From Ranitomeya imitator (taxonomy: Eukaryota), in assembly GCF_032444005.1 (NCBI RefSeq), contig NC_091284.1, positions 792,360,001 to 792,424,000 of the forward strand: a stretch of DNA of 64,000 nt, given 5' to 3'. The translations under genes and the position numbers were made by a program. The stretch's first letter is position 1. Each line of letters opens with the position of its first letter. Below are positions 1 to 10,730 of the stretch, one piece after another. Below the pieces are notes generated by a model. That model saw only the letters and a program-made list of their open reading frames with translations. It had not been told where the DNA came from and searched no databases.

Positions 1-1742
1 AATGATGTACCTATTTGCTTCCTTTTGCTTCCCTTCACTCTTGCCTTCTATTACCTCTCTGACAAAGACTCCGTTCCGTCCTGCCAGTCTTTCTGCCCAA
101 AACCCTGATATTCTTTCTCTCACTCTCTCTATCCCTATTCCGGACTGCTACTCACTTCTCTTATCTGCCATCTCTTCCCATAAAAGCTCTTATTATCTTC
201 CTCTTTTGCCACATGCACACCCTTTGCATGCAGCACAGGTCACACTAGACCTAAAGTCTTTACTTTGCACACTCTGGGCTCTTTCTGACTAACTACCAGG
301 AAGTCTTTTCTTATCCTGCTGCATAGCTTCTCCTTTTCTGGGCTGAACTCTGGACTTAACCATCTTACCCTGTTATCTGTTGCTGGGCAGACTGTAACAA
401 CGTTATTGCCAATTTGTGGCCAATATATTTAACATCGCATAACATTATGTATCGCACAGTACGCACTACACATTACACTGAACAACATTACATGAAGCCT
501 TCACAATGGGCGTGGGCAACTTGCCCATCCTCCTACATCTCAATATATCCTGAGATGAGTGGCATGAAGAAACTACCTTTAAAAACAACTGATTTTTTGC
601 AAATTGGATTGGGAGATGGTTATATTGACTCAGAACATTTCAATAAGGTTTTAATACCAAAAATTTGGGGTAAATCATCCTTATAAGTCGTAATATTTTT
701 GCACAAATCGGAAGCCGTGAAAAAATATAGCAAAATCATCTCATCTGGTGTTGTGGAGCCTCTAAGCTTCAGGTCTATGTGGGCACACAGACCGTGGGTG
801 CTGATGTAGCAGCAGGAAGGCATGTGGTCAGCAAGGACTTGGCACAAATAGGAATTTTAGGAAAAGCAAAATAGATGAAGTGGAACCTAGCAGGGATGAA
901 TGCAAGTAAAAATACAAACAGCACCGATGTTGGAGCACACCAAACATAGGACTAGAACCTCAATCGCAAGACACAGGCGTGTGTCTAAATGGGCCTTAAA
1001 TAGGTCTAGGGAGATGATGTCATTGATCCACTCCAGGCAACTCTAAAAATGTGACATGGAGCACAGCAGAGGGCAACGTCCCCAGAGGAAGGAAACATAG
1101 CCTGAGCAAGCCAAGACAGGTGTCTAACAACCAGTTAACAAGTGCACTTATTTAATGGAGAACACTGATCAAAGGTGAAAATTAGACATTTTTCCATTTC
1201 ATTTGAAAAAAAAATGGTTCATTTAGAAATTAGAATTGGGGGTGTACATATTTTCTTACAACTGACCCCGACAACATTTTAACATTTTAAAAGATATGGT
1301 GTAATGTAGTATGATTTAGAATCAAAGTTACTAATTGAGACCCGTCCCGAAATGTCGTGCTTGACCCAAATTAAAGATGGTGCCCAAGAAAGGAGAGTTT
1401 CTGTCAATCGCTGGCCCAAACTGCCTATTTCTGGGCGCTATTTAAATGGTGACTTTGCAATACTATATTTCCAGCCATTTGACGTGGAGTCTTGGGAGCT
1501 AGAATTATAGTGATTCTCAAATTAAAAGAACTACCTGTGATAAGATAAGGCCTGACTCAGAGAAACAAAAATTAATTCACACCTTATATTTGTTCCCATG
1601 GCATTTACATAGCACTTTCTTTATCCTGGATGGCCCAAAGATCATACTGAATTCTCAGGCTCTATTTCGAGAAAATCGAAGTAATGACCATAATGGGCAA
1701 TATTTCATCCTCACATGTGTCGATAGAGTGAAGCCTTCTTAA

Positions 1743-2141
1743 AGGGAATCTGCCAGCAGGTATTTTGTTATGTAATCCGAGTGCAGCATGACATAGGAGT
1801 GAGGAACCTGATTACAGTGATGTGTCACATGCTGGGCTGCTTGCTGTCATTTTGATACAATCACAGTTTACTCTGCAGCAGATTCAGCAGTGCTCAGAAT
1901 GCTGAGCTCTGTATATCCCCGCCCACACCACTGATTGGCAGCTTTCTGTGTACATTGCATATTGACCAAAAAAGCTGCTGATCAGCTGTGCGGGGCAGGG
2001 TTGGACTAGAAGGCACGTGACATCTAGTCCTCTAGTGATAATCTCTTCCTGATAACACACTGATTTAAATGATATCAAGCGCTCAGCCCCTAAATTGTGC
2101 TGCTTTCAGATTACATAGCAAAAGCCTGCTGCCAGATACCT
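1743..2141. mobile_element. T2/Kolobok-type MITE (non-autonomous DNA transposon)
   Basis: Seen: TTAA|AGGGAATCTGCCAGCAGGTATTTTGTTATGTAATC at the left end and its near reverse complement (GATTACATAGCAAAAGCCTGCTGCCAGATACCT|TTTA) at the right end. TTAA target with AGG termini is the T2-MITE/Kolobok hallmark (established). Confidence 0.75.
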
Positions 2142-4147
2142 TTTATAGGCATTTCTCCTAAAAGGTTTTTTTTTTTAAAGAAGATTGAAGGATTATACAG
2201 ACACAAACTCTAATGTAATTGTCGTTTTCTGATCATAAAAGGAGCAACAATCCTTTTGTTGAATGAGAACCTACTGGCAATCAGTTGATTGCTTCAGGTC
2301 CGACACCGAAAACTCTAAGGAATCAGTTGTTATTGTAGATGGAAGATTCAGGCAGCCGCATACTTCTCCTATAGTGGCCACTAATGGAGAAATGTGGTAT
2401 TACATGACACGCATTGATATAAATAGGCAACCATGCAATACATGGCCACGTTAAGACCTCCAGATCAAGAGACATGCTTTCTCTCAGTTTCTGCTGGGTT
2501 TATCAGATTTTTTTATGTCCAGGGATTCTAATTTAATTCAGGATAAGTTTTTTTTTATTATGACTCTCCAAAAAATCAAAAGCAAGTCAGGGGTTTGAAG
2601 AAGACAGATGCTGAGGATTAAGGGGGGGGGGGGGCTGGGTCATGCAACGAAGGTGAGTAATAAATATGCTAATAGTATTAAATGTCTACTGAAAAATGCA
2701 AGAAGTCTTGCAAACAAAATGAATGAACTGGAGGCTCTTATGTGGTGGGCATTATGGAAACCTGGCTGGATGAAAGCCATGACTGGATGACAAACATAGA
2801 GGGTTACACTACATTTAGGAAGGACGGGAAAGAGTTTGCTACAAGCTTCCTAATATAGCTGAACAGGTAGAGGATGAAATGCTGCAGAAAATAATAATAA
2901 TAGGGTCTTTACTGTGGGGGATTTTAACTATCAAAAAAGCAATATAAAGGGCAATAGATAGCCAATAGTATAGATACTTCAGTATCATAGAAAAAAGCAA
3001 AAATAAGGAACTTAAAACTTAACATTTAATATAATTCATTAAAATGTCATGACACAATACAAATAGAATCAAAACTGCCAAGTAGGGTACCAAACAAAAT
3101 TGTGCCAAAACTGGGGGCTGATTAAAATAAAATAAAAAACTACCAGTACAGCTGTCAATGCAGTACAGGAAGCTAGTTAGAAATGGGGGAACCTTTAGAC
3201 CTATCAGTACAACTGATTCATTTACCCCTCTATGTCTCAATATGTCCAAAGGAAATTCTCGTGAAAGAAAATTGGAACAATCTCACCAGATCCATAGATG
3301 TGAGAATCTCCATTGTTGCGAAAAAGACTTTTCCTATGAAGCAATAGACAAGGACCCATGAGGGTAAGAATCCATGTAAAAATAAATTTCACTATGCTAT
3401 TCCATGTGGGAGGCTCTTTAGTAATACCAGTGATGGTGGATCACTCCTACTTTGGCTGCCATATCCCCTGGTGGGTCCTATGTGGATGAAGCGCATTGGG
3501 AGGTGGTCCTCTCTTGGAATGGCATAGTGAACTTCATTTTGACATGGATACATCAATGCCAAAAAGAAAAAAAACATTGTATCGGCCCCTTAAAAGATGA
3601 TAATAACAATATAATAATAGAAGACAAAGAAAAGGCTGAGATATTAAACAGGCACTTTTCATCTGTATTCACCAATGAACTAACTGTTCTAGAGATCATT
3701 CAACAAGAAGAAGTACATCTGCGTCAGTGCAAATTAAACATTGACAAATGGCATTCATCCACGGATACTGAGGGAGTTGAGTTCAGTAAATGACAGACCA
3801 CTGTATCTCATATTCTTAGACTCATTTGTACCAGGGGTGGTGCCACAGGATTGGAGGGTGGCTGATGTGGTACCGATATATAAGAAAGGTAAGAAGGTGG
3901 ATCTGCGCAACTACCGTCCGGTAAGCCTGACATCAGTAGTGTGCAAAATTTTTGAGGGCATCACAAGAGATGACCTGCGGAGATACATTGCAGAGAATAA
4001 TATAATAGCTGACAACCAGCATGGATTCATGAAGAATAAGTCGTGTCTAACTAACATGTTGGGTTTCTATGGGGAGGTTAGCGTAAATCTGGATATAAGT
4101 AATGCGGCTGATGTGATTTTTCTGGATATTCCAAAGGCATTTGATAC

Positions 4148-4355
4148 CTTTTTTGTTAACCAATACATTTTTATTAAGTTTTAAACAGATGCAAGTCATA
4201 CAGTCAGCACAGAGATAGTAGAATCAGTAATAGGTACGTCACGTAAGACATGGTTCCTAGAAAAGGAAGAACCAAGTAGAACTGTAGTACAAAACGTATA
4301 CATTGGTCCATGAAACATTAACTGATTTTCATCATGCGGTAATTATTCAGTTTAA
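4148..4355 (-). mobile_element. 208-bp 5'-truncated non-LTR retroposed insert with 15-bp TSD
   Basis: Exact direct repeat AAAGGCATTTGATAC at 4133-4147 and 4356-4370. The T-rich left end with TTTATT reads as an A-rich tail plus AATAAA on the minus strand. Confidence 0.7.
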
Positions 4356-4571
4356 AAAGGCATTTGATACTTGACCACATAACAGCCGTATACTGAAGCT
4401 CCTTACGCAGGGACTGGGGAAACTATATGTAGATGAGTAAGAAATTGGCTAAATGACAGGAAACAGAGTCATAATAAATGGTACATTCTCTAAATGGGAT
4501 ATAGCTAGCAGTGGGGACCGCAGGGATCTGTACTGGGAGCAGTGAGGACCGAAAGGATTTATACTGGGAGC

Positions 4572-5100
4572 AGTATATAGCACAGGCCATGCAGTATATA
4601 ACACAGGCACATAGTATATAACACAGCCACGTAGTATATACCACAGCCCACGCAGTATATAACACAGCCCATGTAGTATATAACACAGCCACGTAGTATA
4701 TAGCACAGCCCCCGCAGTATATAACACAGCCCATGTAGTATATAAAACAGCCACGTAGAATATAGCACAGCCATGTGGTATATAGCACAGCCACGTAGTA
4801 TATTGCCCAGCCACGTAGTATATAGCACAGCCCACGTAGTATATAACACAGCCACGTAGTATATAGCACAGCCCACATAGTATATAGCACAACCCACATA
4901 GTATATAACACAGACACGTAGTATATAGCACAGCCAACATAGTATATAGCACAGCTCACGCAGCATATATCACAGCCACATAGACATAGTATATTGCCCA
5001 GCCACGTAATATATTGCACATCCACATAGTATATAACACAGCCCATGTAGTATATAGCACAGAAACGTAGTATCTAACACAGCCCACGTAGTATATAGCA
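4572..5100. repeat. Minisatellite, 20-21 bp unit GTAGTATATAGCACAGCC(C)AC, about 25 copies
   Basis: Directly visible tandem array; the source of the spurious Y/C/V-rich ORFs on the minus strand. Confidence 0.95.
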
Positions 5101-5223
5101 ATGTGGGCACGATATCCCTGTTAAAAAAATAATTAAAATAAAAAATAGTTATATACTCACCTTCCGGCTTCCCCCAGATCCAGGCCTGGCGTTTATCGAT
5201 GCTTCTCGCAAAGCTTCAGTCCC

Positions 5224-5310
5224 AAGAATGCATTGCGGTCTCGCGAGATGATGACATGCGGTCTCGCGAGACCGCTACGTCATCATCTCGCGAGACCGCA
5301 ATGCATTCTT
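5224..5310. repeat. Near-perfect 87-bp palindrome centred on GCGGTCTCGCGAGACCGC
   Basis: AAGAATGCATTGCGGTCTCGCGAGATGATGAC...GTCATCATCTCGCGAGACCGCAATGCATTCTT. Confidence 0.9.
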
Positions 5311-6039
5311 GTGACCGGAGCGTCGTGAGGAGCGGGAAAGGTGCAGGAAGGTGAGAATATGATTTTTTATTTTTTTTTATTATTTTTAACATTAGATCTT
5401 TTTACTATTGATGCTGCATAGGCAGCAAGTTGTTCACACAGGTTTAATAGCAGCGTTAACGGACTGCATTACACGCGGCATAACGCGGTGTAACGCAGCC
5501 ATTAACCCTGTGTGAGCACTGACTGGAGGAGAGCATGGAGGGGGCACTGACGGAGAGTAGGAAGGGGCAAATTCACAGCCGGACTGTGCCAGTCGCATGC
5601 AGCGACGCAGGATTTACGTGACAGACAAACAGATGGAAGTGACCCTTAGACGATTTTATAGATAGATGGGAGTATACTCCGGACCACAGAACAGGAGAAG
5701 GGCTTGGGTAATCTGGTTACAAGTAAACTGAGCAGCAGTACTCAATGTCAAGCAGCAGCCACAAAAACAAACAAGATTTTAAAGTGTATAAAAAAAAAGA
5801 TAAAATCCTGCAATGCCAACGTATTATCACCCCTTTATAAATCATTGGTGAGGCCACATCTAGAATATGGGATCCAGCTTTGGGCCCCACATTTAAAAAA
5901 GGACATTCAGAAATTAGTGTCAGTTCAAAGGCAATATCTAGATTATTACAAGGAATCGAGGCGTCTCATATGATGAGACATTGGAAAAATTGGGCTTCTT
6001 TAGCTTATAAAAAAGATGCCTCGGAGGGGATCTCATTTA

Positions 6040-6070
<31 letters not shown>

Positions 6071-6101
6071 GTATATATATATATATTTATATATATATAT
6101 A
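6040..6101. repeat. (TA)n microsatellite at the left Tc1 junction
   Basis: About 60 bp of TA dinucleotides with a few interruptions, abutting the Tc1 TIR. Confidence 0.95.
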
Positions 6102-7685
6102 CAGTGGGGCAAAAAAGTATTTAGTCAGTCAGCAATAGTGCAAGTTCCACCACTTAAAAAGATGAGAGGCGTCTGTAATTTACATCATAGGTAGACCTCA
6201 ACTATGGGAGACAAACTGAGAAAAAAAAATCCAGAAAATCACATTGTCTGTTTTTTTAACATTTTATTTGCATATTATGGTGGAAAATAAGTATTTAGTC
6301 AGAAACAAAATTTCATCTCAATACTTTGTAATATATCCTTTGTTGGCAATGACAGAGGTCAAACGTTTTCTGTAAGTCTTCACAAGGTTGCCACACACTG
6401 TTGTTGGTATGTTGGCCCATTCCTCCATGCAGATCTCCTCTAGAGCTGTGATGTTTTTGGCTTTTCGCTTGGCAACACGGACTTTCAACTCCCTCCAAAG
6501 GTTTTTATAGGGTTGAGATCTGGAGACTGGCTAGGCCACTCCAGGACCTTGAAATGCTTCTTACGAAGCCACTCCTTCGTTGCCCTGGCAGTGTGCTTTG
6601 GATCATTGTCATGTTGAAAGACCCAGCCACGTTTCATCTTCAATGCCCTTGCTGATGGAAGGAGGTTTGCACTCAAAATCTCACGATACATGGCCCCATT
6701 CATTCTTTCATGTACCCGGATCAGTCATCCTGGCCCCTTTGCAGAGAAACAGCCCCAAAGCATGATGTTTCCACCACCATGCTTTACAGTAGGTATGGTG
6801 TTCTTTTTCCTCCAAACACGACAAGTTGTGTTTCTACCACACAGTTCCAGTTTGGTTTCATCAGACCATAGGACATTCTCCCAAAACTCCTCTGTATCAT
6901 CCAAATGCTCTCTAACAAACTTCAGACGGGCCCGGACATGTACTGGCTTAAGCAGTGGAACACGTCTGGCACTGCAGGATCTGAGTCCATGGTGGCGTAG
7001 TGTGTTACTTATGGTAGGCCTTGTTACATTGGTCCCAGCTCTCTGCAGTTCATTCACTAGGTCCCCCCACGTGGTTCTGGGATTTTTGCTCACCGTTCTT
7101 GTGATCATTCTGACCCCACGGGGTGGGATTTTGCGTGGAGCCCCAGATCGAGAGAGATTATCAGTGGTCTTGTATGTCTTCCATTTTCTAATTATTGCTC
7201 CCACTGTTGATTTCTTCACTCCAAGCTGGTTGGCTATTGCAGATTCAGTCTTCCCAGCCTGGTGCAGGGCTACAATTTTGTTTCTGGTGTCCTTTGACAG
7301 CTCTTTGGTCTTCACCATAGTGGAGTTTGGAGTCAGACTGTTTGAGGGTGTGCACAGGTGTCTTTTTATACTGATAACAAGTTTAAACAGGTGCCATTAC
7401 TACAGGTAATGAGTGGAGGAAAGAGGAGACTCTTAAAGAAGAAGTTACAGGTCTGTGAGAGCCAGAAATCTTGATTGTTTGTTTCTGACCAAATACTTAT
7501 TTTCCACCATAATATGCAAATAAAATGTTAAAAAAACAGACAATGTGATTTTCTGGATTTTTTTTTCTCAGTTTGTCTCCCATAGTTGAGGTCTACCTAT
7601 GATGTAAATTACAGACGCCTCTCATCTTTTTAAGTGGTGGAACTTGCACTATTGCTGACTGACTAAATACTTTTTTGCCCCACTG
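6102..7685 (-). mobile_element. Tc1-family DNA transposon, near full length (1584 bp), IR/DR type
   Basis: TA|CAGTGGGGCAAAAAAGTATTTAGTCAG ... CTGACTAAATACTTTTTTGCCCCACTG|TA. TIRs of about 205 bp are nearly identical and carry the internal direct repeat AAGTATTT(A/G)GTCAG. Confidence 0.97.
6313..7318 (-). pseudogene. Tc1 DD34E transposase, disrupted
   Basis: Paired-like HTH N-terminus, [30 protein letters not shown]. In-frame TGA at 6725-6727 (probably from CGA), a 1-nt frameshift near 6510, and a short in-frame deletion before [10 protein letters not shown]. Confidence 0.93.
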
Positions 7686-8065
7686 TATATATATATAAAT
7701 ATGTGTGGTCAGTACAAAACATGACTTATTCCTACTAAGGACCAGAGGGCACTCATTATGGGTGGAACACAGGCGATTCCAGCAGCTAAACAGGAAAGGG
7801 TTCTTTACAGTTAGAGCAGTCGGACTGTGGAATGCCGACCACAGGAGGTAGTAATGGCCGACACTATAACAGCTTTCATACAAGGGTTGGATGATTTCCT
7901 TGATACACATAACATTGCGGGATATAGTTAAATTAGTGACAAAAAAAAACAATTAGTGGAGAAAGGATGAACTTGATGGACCTAGGTCTTTTTTCAACCT
8001 ATGTAACTATGTGTGAGCAATGAATGTCTGTAATTAAAGGTAATTGTCAGTGTTTGTAAGGTTAA

Positions 8066-8677
8066 GGTACCGTCACACTAAGCGACGCTGCAGCGATACC
8101 GACAACGATCCGGATCGCTGCAGCGTCGCTGTTTGGTCGCTGGAGAGCTGTCACACAGACAGCTCTCCAGCGACCAACGATGCCGGTAACCAGGGTAAAC
8201 ATCGGGTTACTAAGCACAGGGCTGCGCTTAGTAACCCGATGTTTACCCTGGTTACCATCGTTAAAGTAAAAAAAACAACCACTACATACTTACATACCGC
8301 TGTCTGTCCCCGGCGCTCTGCTTCTCTGTACTGGCTGTGAGCACAGCGGCCAGAAAGCAGAGCGGTGACGTCACCGCTCTGCTTTGCGGCTGCCCGGCGC
8401 TCACAGCCGGAGCAGAGAAGCAGAGCAGGGCCGCGCCTAGTAACCCGATGTTTACCCTGGTTACCAGTGAAGACATCGCTGAATCGGCATCACACACGCC
8501 GATTCAGCGATGTCAGCGGGAGAGCCAGCGACGAAATAAAGTCCTGGCCTTTCTGCCCCGACCAGCAATATCACAGCAGGGGCCTGATCGCTGCTGCCTG
8601 TCACACTGGACGATATCGCTAGCCAGGACGCTGCAACGTCACGGATCGCTAGCGATATCGTCCAGTGTGACGGTACC
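8066..8677. mobile_element. Harbinger/PIF-type palindromic MITE
   Basis: TIR GGTACCGTCACACT / AGTGTGACGGTACC, flanks TTAA and TTTA, with several internal hairpins (e.g. GCGACGCTGCAGCGAT..ATCGCTGCAGCGTCGC). Confidence 0.75.
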
Positions 8678-10302
8678 TTTAGTTTCATTATCTACAAGCA
8701 AACAACACCCAGTCCTTAGAGAGCCTATTAACACCTTCACACAAGCTAAAATAAAATGGTTGAAGAAACTTGATTAGTCCGATGCTAAAAAAAAAATATA
8801 TATATATATCACAAGGAATTAAATGCAAAATGTTCCTTTTAATTAAGAACATCAGACAGCTATTAAAACTTCAAAGGTCACCGTGGCCTAGATTTCTGAA
8901 AAAGATGTGAAGGTTTGGAACTTCCTAAATCCCGTTTCTATGAATGCGACCAAATTACTGCTCCCTATACTGTGCTCGTGGTTGAGACAAGTGCGGTAAT
9001 AACTGGCTTCTTCAGACTTATTAAAAACAAAGCAATTCAATGTCAAATGAAAATCACTTGGCTGAAATAAGTGTGTGGTTTATTAGGAAAATGATTTTGT
9101 TCTGGACACTTTTTGTCGTATTTTTAGGTTCATTTGGTCAAAAAGAAAAATAATAAATAACGGTATTATGTGATGAGAACTTTTCAGGAGAACTTGCAGC
9201 AGAATGTTTGTATCCTCCTCTTGCTCCTTTTGCTCCTCCCCAATGGGGACACTGGTGTGCTATGGGGGCCCGGTACCAGTACCAGTGCCCATGAGTGGGC
9301 CTTCCCCCAGTTGCTCAGGGCCCAAGCACTTGTGATCAGTACCGGCGTCAGCACCCGTTGAAGTACCGGTGCCCTGAGCAGGTTTGGGGGCCCAGTCCCC
9401 ATTGCAAAAAAAGAAATCATTAGACTTCTAAGAGAACATCCTCTATTACACCATTAAGATAATATCTTTCTCAAGACTTTCCACTTTTTGCGTTAATCCT
9501 CCTTATTGGTGGCAGAGTTTTCCCAGGTCATAATAAATCAGGAAGACTCGGCGGGGATCAATAGTTTATGCACAATGCTGACTGCAGAATGAAACCAATT
9601 ATGAAGATTCATTTTCAGGTATGAATTAAAAAGATGAAACCACAACAGAGATAGAGATAAAAATGTCAGTTCAGTGTCCTTTGCAAATCTCTTTTTAAAT
9701 ATTTTGCCTCCCCTGCAGGGAAATACTCTGATGCAATTTTAATAATATCTTGCAGAGTGTCTGTTTCTTTTCATTTTGCAAGAAACAAAGTGTAATATAA
9801 ATGCCTGACCCCCTACAATGCTTTTCTTATTGCTTCAATCAGGGAGGTCCCATGGAAGGCAAAGCTGCTGATATACCCTTTAATCAAATTATCGTAATGC
9901 CTATACATTACAGGAAAAATTGCAATTATGTGAATTGTTATGCAATCAAATTAAAGCCAAGGAATTGAGAATTTTTTCATTTTTTTCGGCTTAAATCGTA
10001 GCAGCACGTATTATCAGAATACCCACAAAGTGTTTGCTGTAAATCGAGCTCTTGAATGCACATATAATGCAGGATTAAAAGATTAAACCTGAGATCCAAG
10101 AATATTTTCTGATGTCTTTGAGAAAGCAGAAAGTAAGCAGTGTTTTCTGATGAGAGAATTCATACATTTCCAGCAACTGAAGTTACAAAATTGATTAAAT
10201 TCATTTCATGTCAGAGTTTATTTTTTGTCAGCTTGATGAGATGAGTGGTGTACACAGACGAGAAGCGTCAACTCTCCAAATTGTAAAATGTATTTCTCTT
10301 AG

Positions 10303-10730
10303 CGGGTTGTCCACTACTCAGTCAACCCCGTCTCAACCAGCATGCTTTCCCTTAGTAAAATAACAACACTTGTACTCTCCTTCAGAGCTAGCGCCATTCC
10401 AGCAGTGTCGGTGCTTGCTCTTTCAGGACATGTGTCAAATTGATAAGCTGGCTTCACTTCACTTTTGATATATCAGACATCAAGAGGAAGTCCAGGGTGT
10501 AGCTGATCGCTCGCTTTCTCATGATGTCTGATGCGCCCAATGTCGGGGAGAGTGACGTCAGAACTCATTGAGCACAGGGATCATGTGACATAACAATTTG
10601 ATTCAAGCCCCGGGAGAGCAGGTGTCGACACCGCTGGAATGGCGCCGGCACCAGAAGTGAGCATAGGTGTTGTTATTTTACTGGGGGGGAAACATGCTGA
10701 TTGAGAAGGGGTTGTGTGAGGAGTGGACCT
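10303..10730. mobile_element. Degenerate T2-type palindromic MITE
   Basis: GGGTTGTCCACTACT at the left and AGGGGTTGTG..AGTGGACCT|TTAA at the right, with subterminal inverted arms (AGCATGCTTTCCC..AGTAAAATAACAACAC vs GTGTTGTTATTTTACT..GGGGAAACATGCT). Confidence 0.65.

Larger units (their letters stand above)
4544..5666 (-). mobile_element. Helitron-like non-autonomous element (3' end not visible) with internal minisatellite and palindrome
   Basis: The minus strand starts A|TCTATCTATAAAATCGTCTAAGGGTCACTTCCATCTGTTTGTCTGTC, a Helitron-type 5' TC after A followed by a short (CTGT)n-like tract. No TIR/TSD pair and no hairpin-CTAG 3' end found. The superfamily call is inference. Confidence 0.45.
2678..8012 (+). 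mobile_element. Fragmented CR1 LINE interrupted by a retroposed tail, a Helitron-like element and a Tc1
   Basis: EN start KCLLKNARSLANKMNELEAL (2678-2740) and GDFN (~2918); RT motifs DWRVADVVPIYKKG, NYRPVSLTS, QHGF, FLDIPKAFD (3741-4147); WLNDRKQRV..PQGSVLG-like (4371-4540); C-terminal LYKSLVRPHLEY (5704-6038); 3' part 7690-8012 ending in a CTATGTAACTATGT tail. The YADD core is missing. Confidence 0.9.

Noticed and set aside
700-1130. Possible decayed LTR ending TGTCTAACA
   Set aside because: No second terminus, TSD or homologous copy could be found in the window.
4423-5046. Three overlapping minus-strand ORFs of 135-207 aa
   Set aside because: They are translations of the 20-21 bp minisatellite (repetitive YYV/CAI/LYT peptides), with no domain content.
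6690-7409. 239-aa plus-strand ORF
   Set aside because: It is the antisense frame of the Tc1 transposase, a common shadow ORF.
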